Assembly (NCBI GenBank): GCA_934527325.1 | Contig: CAKTAG010000016.1 | Span: forward strand, 1 to 19,151 | DNA from: an uncultured Candidatus Soleaferrea sp. | Lineage (GTDB): Bacteria > Bacillota > Clostridia > Oscillospirales > Ruminococcaceae | DNA: 19,151 nucleotides | Reading direction: 5' to 3' | Shown: piece after piece, positions 8,764 through 15,427 of the stretch | Layout: the number at the start of each line of letters is the position of its first letter | Position numbering within the stretch: the first letter of the stretch is position 1 | Notes under the pieces: model-generated | Told to the model about the DNA's origin: nothing | Databases searched by the model: none | What the model saw: the letters and a program-made list of their open reading frames with translations, nothing else | Program-made: the position numbers and the translations under genes

Positions 8764-10500
8764 ATGTTGGACGGTTTTTTTCTTAGTTTTATAATAGATG
8801 AGGTAAAAAATAAAGTTTTAAATTGCTATGTTGATAAATTATATCAACCTTCTAAAAATGAAGTGGTGTTACATTTTAGAACTCAAGGTAGCCCCAAGCT
8901 CTTAATATCTGCTAACCCAGATCAATCTAGAATAAATTTTATAAATGAAAAAATTGAACATCCACCAATACCATCTATGTTTTGTATGTTGTTGCGGAAG
9001 TATTTGGTTAATGCTAAACTTGTTAATGTATGTCAGCAAAATTTTGAAAGGCTAGTTTTTTTAGATTTTTATACATCAAATGAGGTGGGGGATAAAATTT
9101 CTGTTCGGTTAGTTGTAGAAGTTATGGGTAAGCATTCAAATATAATTTTGTTAAAGCAAGGTAATAATGTTATAGATTCTATAAAGCGTGTAGGTAGCGA
9201 TATATCTAGAGTAAGGCAAATTTACCCAGGTGTTATATATCAATTACCTCCTTTACAATGTAAGTGTAATATAGTAAAAAATAATGTAGATGAGATAGTA
9301 AATCAAGTATTGTTATTTTCAGATGAAACGTTGCCATCAGCAATTGTTAAAGCTGTTCAGGGAATTTCTTATACTATGGCCGATGAAATTTCTTTTGTTG
9401 TAGTTAATAATTTAGATTTTAAAGTTAAAGATTTAAATTTAGACCAGATTGAACAATTGAAAAAAAATTTTTGTAATTTAAAAATTTTAATAGAAGGTAA
9501 ACTTGGTTCACCGCTTTTGTTTAAAACTTTTGATGGCGAAATGAAAGATTTTTATTTTACAGAATTATGTAAATTTAAAAATAATGGTATTATAAGTAAA
9601 AAAAATTCTTATTCAGAATTGGTAGAAGAGTTTTATAAAAATAAAACAAATGAATGTAGAGTTAAACAGAATGCAAATGATGTACTTAAAATTTTAATGA
9701 ATTGTTTAAAGAAAACAAAAAAGAAATTACAAATCCATGAATTAGAAAAAGCGAATTGTGAAAATAAAAATAAAATACAACAGACAGCAATTTTACTTCA
9801 AAGTAACTTGCATTTGGTAAATAAAAATAGTAGTTATATTGTAGTAGAAAACTTTTTTGATAATAATAATAAAATAAAAATTGACTTAGATAATACAATT
9901 TCTGGGGCAGCAAATGCTCAAAAATATTTTAATAAATATAAAAAATTATGTGTAGCAGATAAAGTGTTGGATGAGTTGATTATAAAAACTAAAAATGAAA
10001 TTATTTATCTAGAATCAGTTATAGATGCTGTAATGAGGTCTACATCTTTAGAGGACATAATGCAAATTAAATTAGAGTTGCAACAAGAGGGGTATTTAAA
10101 AAAACATAAAAAACAAGCTAAAAATGTTAAAATAAAATCTCCTAAAGAGTCTGTTTTGAAAGTAAAGTCTGTAGATGATTTTGATATATTAGTTGGAAAT
10201 AACAATGTTAATAATGATTGGTTAACACTTAAATATGCAAATAAAAATGATTTGTGGTTACATACTCAAAAAATACCAGGTGCACATGTAGTAATTGTTA
10301 CTAATGGCAAAGATGTACCTAACACAACTGTTGTTCAAGCTGCAAAAATAGCAGCAGAACATAGTAAAGCAAAAAATAGTAATTTAGTACCTGTAGATTA
10401 TACTATAATAAAAAATGTAAAAAAATTTTCGGGTGCTAAGCCTGGTATGGTTAAGTATAGTAATTTTAAAACAATATTTGTAAAACCAGAAGTTAATTAG
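8764..10500 (+). CDS. rqcH: RqcH (NFACT / FbpA-DUF814 family) ribosome quality-control factor
   Basis: NFACT-N motifs PSMFCMLLRKYL and VEVMGKHSNIILL, a central coiled coil, and the C-terminal DUF814 motif LWLHTQKIPGAHVVI. The 578 aa length is typical. RBS GAGGG upstream. Confidence 0.93.
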   Translation: MLDGFFLSFIIDEVKNKVLNCYVDKLYQPSKNEVVLHFRTQGSPKLLISANPDQSRINFINEKIEHPPIPSMFCMLLRKYLVNAKLVNVCQQNFERLVFLDFYTSNEVGDKISVRLVVEVMGKHSNIILLKQGNNVIDSIKRVGSDISRVRQIYPGVIYQLPPLQCKCNIVKNNVDEIVNQVLLFSDETLPSAIVKAVQGISYTMADEISFVVVNNLDFKVKDLNLDQIEQLKKNFCNLKILIEGKLGSPLLFKTFDGEMKDFYFTELCKFKNNGIISKKNSYSELVEEFYKNKTNECRVKQNANDVLKILMNCLKKTKKKLQIHELEKANCENKNKIQQTAILLQSNLHLVNKNSSYIVVENFFDNNNKIKIDLDNTISGAANAQKYFNKYKKLCVADKVLDELIIKTKNEIIYLESVIDAVMRSTSLEDIMQIKLELQQEGYLKKHKKQAKNVKIKSPKESVLKVKSVDDFDILVGNNNVNNDWLTLKYANKNDLWLHTQKIPGAHVVIVTNGKDVPNTTVVQAAKIAAEHSKAKNSNLVPVDYTIIKNVKKFSGAKPGMVKYSNFKTIFVKPEVN

Positions 10501-10574
10501 TTGGCAGCGTTTATTTTTTTTAGTATATTATTTGATGTGGCAATTTGGTGTAGTGTAAGTATATATAGTGGTAT

Positions 10575-10628
10575 AAAACAAGCTGTAGTCAACTCGATTA
10601 AAAAAATCGTTTTGCTACAGCTTGTTTT
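10575..10628. terminator. Bidirectional terminator between convergent rqcH and the DUF1292 gene
   Basis: Perfect 14-bp stem AAAACAAGCTGTAG / CTACAGCTTGTTTT with an internally paired 26-nt loop (CGATT..AATCG). It is T-rich on the 3' side in both orientations. Confidence 0.8.
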
Positions 10629-10686
10629 TGATTTATTTTGTTTTTGCTTAATTTTTTAAAATATATATTTGTTATAGAGTTTCCAA

Positions 10687-11022
10687 TTATCTTTCAATAT
10701 CAAAATCGTCAGATAAATGGTCTATCATAAGTTGGCAAATTTCTTCGTAATCATCTTTACCTTCTATAGATACTAAAAATTCACCATCATCATCAGATGC
10801 TACTTCCATAATAAAAAGATCTGTAGAGTTGGTGTTTTCGTCACTTTCATCATTTTCGTTATTGAGTTCACCTGCAACGTCAGCCGGAATTAATGCGGCA
10901 TAATTTTTGTTTTTATACTCTATAATGTCTAGTATTATGCAGTCATGCTCGATTCCATCATCATCTGTTATGGTTATAATATCATCTGAATTTATATCAG
11001 ATTCGGGGATGTTATCATTCAT
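10687..11022 (-). CDS. DUF1292-family acidic small protein
   Basis: ITITDDDGIEHDCIILDIIEYKNKNYAALIP...LFIMEVASDDDGEFLVSIEGKDDYEEICQLM fits the DUF1292 pattern (short acidic protein; ...dedGee.e..il..ie..gk.Y..l.p...l.i.r...d.......). Confidence 0.85.
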   Translation of the reverse strand: MNDNIPESDINSDDIITITDDDGIEHDCIILDIIEYKNKNYAALIPADVAGELNNENDESDENTNSTDLFIMEVASDDDGEFLVSIEGKDDYEEICQLMIDHLSDDFDIER

Positions 11023-11083
11023 TAATAAAACCTACTTTCTTTTAATGTAATAGTATTAATTAAAAAATTTTTATTGCTTAATA

Positions 11084-11112
11084 ATTCTATACTATATTAT
11101 TAGTAAAGTCAA
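11084..11112 (-). promoter_or_regulatory. Candidate promoter for the DUF1292 gene
   Basis: The minus strand reads TTGACT (11112-11107), a 17-nt spacer, then TAGAAT (11089-11084). It lies about 60 nt upstream of the ATG at 11022. Confidence 0.5.
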
Positions 11113-11227
11113 TACAAAATTTTAATATAAAATACTGTAACACTACACTGTGCTGTTTTATAATGTATAGATCAGATTTTATAGAAAAAATTTTACATTT
11201 TGTTTTAACTGCAACCAATTTGTGGTA

Positions 11228-11881
11228 CTACAAATTAATCAAATTGCAATCTTTAATTGTATAAATTTTATCACATTCATTAGCAATATTAACATTATGT
11301 GTAACAATTAATATTGTTTTACCATTTTTATTTAATTGTTTTAATATCTGTAATATTTCTTTTGACGTTTCTTCATCTAACGACCCTGTAGGTTCATCTG
11401 CTAAAATTATTTCACAAGGTTTTAACATTACTCTGGCTAAAGATACCCTTTGCTGTTCGCCTCCACTAAGTTCATATACTTTATTATCCATTTTATCAGA
11501 TAATCCTACATACTCCAATACCTTTTGCTTAGCCAGCTGTTTTTCTTTTTTATTTTTATTTACATATTCCAGTGCTATATCTAAATTTTCAGATACAGTT
11601 TCATTATCTACTAAAGCAAAATTTTGAAATATATAACCTATTAAATTTCTATGCGCTAATGTAACTTGTTTGCCATCTATTTTACTATATCTTTTATTGT
11701 TAAGTATAACATCTCCACTATCAGGTTTTTCTATTAAACCAATTATATTTAGCAATGTAGATTTTCCCGAACCTGAACCACCCATTATTGCTATCATTTC
11801 ACCTTTATTAACTTTTAAATTAACATTATTCAGTATCTCTTTATTGCCAAAACTTTTCTTAATATTTTTTAACTCTATCAT
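11228..11881 (-). CDS. ABC transporter ATP-binding protein (MacB/FtsE-like subfamily)
   Basis: Walker A GGSGSGKST, Q-loop, signature LSGGEQQRVSLAR, Walker B ILADEPTGSLD, H-loop VTHN. Its ATG lies 2 nt after the permease stop (GGGGAATAAATATG). Confidence 0.93.
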   Translation of the reverse strand: MIELKNIKKSFGNKEILNNVNLKVNKGEMIAIMGGSGSGKSTLLNIIGLIEKPDSGDVILNNKRYSKIDGKQVTLAHRNLIGYIFQNFALVDNETVSENLDIALEYVNKNKKEKQLAKQKVLEYVGLSDKMDNKVYELSGGEQQRVSLARVMLKPCEIILADEPTGSLDEETSKEILQILKQLNKNGKTILIVTHNVNIANECDKIYTIKDCNLINL

Positions 11882-11883
11882 AT

Positions 11884-14169
11884 TTATTCCCCTTTCAACA
11901 CACTGCTGATTTTTTTATTTTCATATATTTTAAGTAATACTGCTGAAATAACTACATCTCCTAATACAATTCCTAATAATATTTTCCAATTTACAGACTC
12001 TATATAAAAATTGCTACTTGGTACCAATTTATCTATTAACACTATTTTACTTGGTATGTAAAATAAACATATCACTTTGTCTACCAGTTCTCCATTGTAA
12101 TTTATTAACAACATTAAACAAATTGATATTAACCATATTAATAATAAACTTCCAAAAAAACCTATACTTCTTTTTGCAAACCCGACCCCATTAAGTTTTT
12201 TTACTGTATTTTTTACCTTATTTTGTTCAAGGTAATTTATACACGATGATATAATTAACATCAATAATAATATAACAGAAAATATTGCATATTCTATTGT
12301 ATATATAAATTCTTGTTTAATTTCATAAATTTTTTGAGCTGCCGTTTCATATAACGTTTTTGCACTTATTAACAAGTTATCAATATTACAATCTTTAATA
12401 TCAGATATCACATCTTGGTATGGGTTATCTATATTACTAATTTTAGGGTAAAACCCATTACAATCACAACACCCATAGCTATCTATACACATATTATTAT
12501 TACTAATAACTTGTATTATTGAACCAATAACATAATTTTGCGTTTCTGTAGCTAAGTCCGTTTGATATGTAAAACACTTTTGGCCATCTTTAATATAAAT
12601 TATGTTTAATTTGTAATCTGGCCAATTATTACTATAAAATTCACCTTTATATTTTTCTTGAATTTGTTTTTCATATAATTTTAATCTTTCAGGTACAAGT
12701 AAATTTAAAGTATGTTCATCATGGTCAGGTATGTTAATTTGTTTACCGTTAATACCATATATTGGGTTGAGTTGTAAATAATTATTATTTACCTTTATAC
12801 TTTTTCCCAATATTTCATCTATTTTATTTTTTTTAATGTTTCCTCTTAACTTTTGTTGTTTTTCATATTCATCAATTCCTGCCCGATGATTTCTTGCATT
12901 AATATAAATTTCTCCTTTTTTGTTGCATATTTTAAACCATTTTTTCATATTTAAATCTAAATTTTCTACTTTTTCATCGTTATCACGTCCTGCAACTGTT
13001 CCTTCAAATAATCCACTACGTTTTACTAAAGTGTAATTTAACGCATTATCCCAAATTTTATTTCCTTCCATTTTGCCTATTAATAAATATAAACTATTGC
13101 TGCTATTTATTATAGCAGTTACCATTGCTACACTTATAAAGCATTTAGATATATTATTAATATTTTGTATTACCTTTACTGGTTTCTTATTTTTTAACAT
13201 CAACGGTATTTTTACATATTTTATAAACATAAGAGGAATAGCCATTAATAAAATAGAAATCAATGTTAATTTAAAATTAAACAATAACCAGTTTTTAAAA
13301 AATATACTTAAATTTTTTAAACCTAATTTATATATTAAAAAACTGAAAATCATAAAACCAGATAATCCACACCCGTATATATGGTACTTTAACAACTTTT
13401 TAAAAATAATCTTGATTTTTAAGCTAACATTTGATTCCCCAAACATTTTTTTTATAGCAAGTTCTTTATAAATAGAAAATAGCCAATATATCATCGTTAA
13501 AAATGTAATTACATATATTATAATCAATATTCCTATAATATTATTCTTTAAGCGGTAACATTCATCAGACTGCAACATATCTATTTCATTACTAGATGGT
13601 ACATAAAAAATTACTTCTTCACAACCTAATTCATTTTTCAAATCTTTTTCTAATAATTTAATTTTAGTTTGATTATTTGTATCAACAAACCATTTACTAA
13701 TTAACTCTCCATTATATAAAATACCAGATAAATTATATATGTTAAGAATAGAATCTAAGCTAAAAAATTCAAATTTCCCAAGTTGATTTTCGTCTTTTAA
13801 ATCTTCTGAAGAAATAAATTTATTGTAAAAATCTTCATTTCTTAAAAGTCTACCATTTGAAAGTTTTAATTTGTTAAACATATTTCCATTACATGTAGAA
13901 TAAACTCTAATCGTTCTTTTTCCATTCCCTGACTTGCTTTTATAACTAACATTATATATATTTAAATTATGCTTCTTAGATAGTGATTCAAAAATTTCTA
14001 TTAACTGTTTTGGAGTATTAATTTTTTTTACATTATATATACGAAAGCAAGAAACATTATCATCTTTCCATAATATGTTTCTAACATTTTTAAATTCATA
14101 TAGGCTAATATAAACTATTGAGGTTAAAAAATAAATTAAAAATAAAAAAATAGATATTAATTTTTTCAA
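11884..14169 (-). CDS. Large polytopic ABC permease, DUF1430 / FtsX-like 'bacteriocin-associated integral membrane protein' type
   Basis: 761 aa with a TTG start preceded by AAGGGAG. The architecture is TM1, an extracytoplasmic domain of ~190 aa, a TM cluster, a second extracytoplasmic domain of ~250 aa (with a CIDSYGCCDCNG motif), then 3 C-terminal TMs. FtsX-like loops KKMFGES and KKLNGVGFAKR are present. It is immediately followed by the ABC ATPase, as in lactococcin-972 loci. The family call rests on architecture and context. Confidence 0.85.
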   Translation of the reverse strand: MKKLISIFLFLIYFLTSIVYISLYEFKNVRNILWKDDNVSCFRIYNVKKINTPKQLIEIFESLSKKHNLNIYNVSYKSKSGNGKRTIRVYSTCNGNMFNKLKLSNGRLLRNEDFYNKFISSEDLKDENQLGKFEFFSLDSILNIYNLSGILYNGELISKWFVDTNNQTKIKLLEKDLKNELGCEEVIFYVPSSNEIDMLQSDECYRLKNNIIGILIIIYVITFLTMIYWLFSIYKELAIKKMFGESNVSLKIKIIFKKLLKYHIYGCGLSGFMIFSFLIYKLGLKNLSIFFKNWLLFNFKLTLISILLMAIPLMFIKYVKIPLMLKNKKPVKVIQNINNISKCFISVAMVTAIINSSNSLYLLIGKMEGNKIWDNALNYTLVKRSGLFEGTVAGRDNDEKVENLDLNMKKWFKICNKKGEIYINARNHRAGIDEYEKQQKLRGNIKKNKIDEILGKSIKVNNNYLQLNPIYGINGKQINIPDHDEHTLNLLVPERLKLYEKQIQEKYKGEFYSNNWPDYKLNIIYIKDGQKCFTYQTDLATETQNYVIGSIIQVISNNNMCIDSYGCCDCNGFYPKISNIDNPYQDVISDIKDCNIDNLLISAKTLYETAAQKIYEIKQEFIYTIEYAIFSVILLLMLIISSCINYLEQNKVKNTVKKLNGVGFAKRSIGFFGSLLLIWLISICLMLLINYNGELVDKVICLFYIPSKIVLIDKLVPSSNFYIESVNWKILLGIVLGDVVISAVLLKIYENKKISSVLKGE

Positions 14170-14189
14170 TTATTTCTCCCTTCTAACAC

Positions 14190-14235
14190 AAATAAATTAT
14201 TACCAGAAGTAATTACTTCTGGTAATAATTTATTT
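14190..14235 (-). terminator. Perfect 46-nt palindrome (23-bp arms): intra-operon hairpin, likely a partial terminator or transcript stabiliser
   Basis: AAATAAATTATTACCAGAAGTAATTACTTCTGGTAATAATTTATTT is exactly self-complementary. It starts 24 nt after the stop of the Lcn972-like ORF and ends about 10 nt before the permease RBS. Confidence 0.6.
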
Positions 14236-14259
14236 AATATGTAATGAATAATATTTTAC

Positions 14260-14550
14260 TCAATCTTGAGTGTATCCACATTTTTTATCTATGCTACATC
14301 TGTGCCAAAAACCATGTCCATGTTTAGAACTATGCCTATAATTATCTTTTTGTTCTGAACGTGCAATAACACCACGTGCCACACATATCCTATCTGTTTC
14401 CCAAGATGTTTCGTTATAAACTTGTGTTGAAGCTCCATGAGGTTTTGTGTTATGTAAATATTCAGAGTATATTATATCATCACCATTTTCCTCGCAATAT
14501 CCCACAATCCAGTTTTCGCCACCAACTTTACTAATCACTTCTTCCCACAT
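14260..14550 (-). CDS. Lactococcin 972-family bacteriocin-like protein, without a signal peptide
   Basis: By-eye alignment to the mature Lcn972 peptide as I remember it (EGTWQHGYGV..AYSNYHHGSKTHSATV..RAGVWAKATV..FYYNFW). The matches are GENWIVGY / IIYSEYLHNTKPHGASTQV / ARGVIARSE / HGFW. The DUF1430-like permease and ABC ATPase lie directly downstream. The start is uncertain: ATG at 14550, or GTG at 14538. Confidence 0.7.
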   Translation of the reverse strand: MWEEVISKVGGENWIVGYCEENGDDIIYSEYLHNTKPHGASTQVYNETSWETDRICVARGVIARSEQKDNYRHSSKHGHGFWHRCSIDKKCGYTQD

Positions 14551-15047
14551 CCTTTATCAGACTTTTCATATATAATATGTAACGTTAATCTATATGTAAA
14601 GCAAAATAATAAATAAGTACACCAATATGTTATCTGATACATAAATTCCCATTTGACAAATACTATATAGCAAAAAATCCATAGCCATTGACCACAATAG
14701 TATAATATTAGTTCCCATTTATTATGAAATCTAGTTAAATCTTTTTGATAATCTCTCTTCACTTTAGACTTTATACATTTATATACTCGAGCCAAATTTT
14801 TACTTAATACACCATTGTTTTTTCTATCAATTATCTTAGATGCAAAAAATATTATATAAATAAAAATAAAACCTAACAACAATAAAAAAGAGCATATTAA
14901 AAAAAATTCTAAATTATACTGATTTGTCATTACCATAATCTCTAAAAGAAATAAATCAGAAGATATAAACAAGCAAAACAACACTTTACTTAATTTACTT
15001 CGAAAAATTTTACTTAAGTGGTTATCTATATTACAGATATCCTTCAT
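14535..15047 (-). CDS. Uncharacterised small membrane protein (~4 TM), candidate immunity/accessory protein
   Basis: A 170-codon ORF, which is very unlikely by chance in DNA this AT-rich. The ATG overlaps the upstream stop (ATGA at 15044-15047). It has hydrophobic segments at about aa 22-40, 48-70, 113-132 and 139-158, and a basic loop SKIIDRKNNGVLSKNLARVYKCIKSKVKRDYQK. I recognise no family. Confidence 0.7.
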   Translation of the reverse strand: MKDICNIDNHLSKIFRSKLSKVLFCLFISSDLFLLEIMVMTNQYNLEFFLICSFLLLLGFIFIYIIFFASKIIDRKNNGVLSKNLARVYKCIKSKVKRDYQKDLTRFHNKWELILYYCGQWLWIFCYIVFVKWEFMYQITYWCTYLLFCFTYRLTLHIIYEKSDKGCGKK

Positions 15048-15304
15048 AAAATTTTAGTCCCCTTTATATTATTTGTGATATTTGCAGGTTCAGGATATTT
15101 AGCAGCTTCGCTACCTAATTCATACCCTTCACATGCTTCAGTAAGAGCTCCTACAACAGCAGCTGCAGCCTTACTCTTAGGTGGTGGTGCTCCATCTTTA
15201 ACCTTACTAGGCTCAACACGCCCCATATCATTAGATATAATTAATGTATTTGCCACTAATAAACTAGCACTCAAAAAAGTAATAAAATATTTCTTTAATT
15301 TCAC
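15044..15304 (-). CDS. Small secreted protein (signal peptide plus an Ala/Pro/Gly-rich part of ~60 aa), unknown function
   Basis: The tracked ORF starts at a TTG (15328). The GTG at 15304 follows AAGG with an 8-nt spacer and gives (M)KLKKYFITFLSASLLVANTLIIS, a typical n-h signal region. The locally GC-richer stretch has G/C in codon positions 1-2 (Ala/Gly/Pro) and A/T at position 3, which supports this frame. Confidence 0.6.
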   Translation of the reverse strand: MKLKKYFITFLSASLLVANTLIISNDMGRVEPSKVKDGAPPPKSKAAAAVVGALTEACEGYELGSEAAKYPEPANITNNIKGTKIL

Positions 15305-15343
15305 ATTTTCAGCCTTATTATTAATCAATTATATTATATTTTC

Positions 15344-15372
15344 ATTGTAACCTAAACACAATAAAACATCAA
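15344..15372 (-). promoter_or_regulatory. Candidate promoter of the accessory cluster
   Basis: The minus strand reads TTGATG (15372-15367), a 17-nt spacer, then TACAAT (15349-15344). It lies about 40 nt upstream of the GTG at 15304. Confidence 0.5.
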
Positions 15373-15427
15373 TACATTTTATGTTATTTTAAAGTAAACG
15401 TCTTAGTCAATGCGAATTTAAGTATTT

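Noticed and set aside
9040-9060. The RqcH NFACT-N 'DR' motif appears as E-R (QQNFERLV) instead of D-R.
   Set aside because: The substitution is conservative, and the alignment was made from memory of the B. subtilis sequence. That is insufficient to infer any functional change.
9686-10205. Minus-strand ORFs 9686-9913 and 10005-10205 inside rqcH.
   Set aside because: They are antisense to a confidently identified gene, have no RBS and give implausible low-complexity products.
11670-13471. Plus-strand ORFs 11670-11909 and 13073-13471.
   Set aside because: They are antisense to the ABC ATPase and permease genes. The frames stay open because of A/T-rich codon bias on the opposite strand.
14538-14553. 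Programmed -1 ribosomal frameshift joining the 170-aa and Lcn972-like frames.
   Set aside because: The 16-nt window where the shift would have to occur (AGGATGTGGGAAGAAG) contains no canonical X XXY YYZ slippery heptamer, and there is no obvious downstream stimulatory structure. A simple indel or reinitiation is more parsimonious. The junction itself is still reported as a finding.
15018-15350. Plus-strand 110-aa ORF that mirrors the small secreted-protein gene.
   Set aside because: Its GTG start has no RBS and lies inside the 5' end of the 170-aa gene. It would be convergent with the operon and overlap it. Third-codon-position A/T enrichment and the signal peptide favour the minus-strand frame.
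11023-15427. Flanking direct or inverted repeats, att-like sites or mobility genes that would define the cluster as a mobile island.
   Set aside because: The only similarity is short and AT-rich (TACATTTTGTTTTAA near 11195 versus TACATTTTATGTTATTTTAA near 15374), which is not distinguishable from chance in this composition. No integrase or transposase ORF is present.
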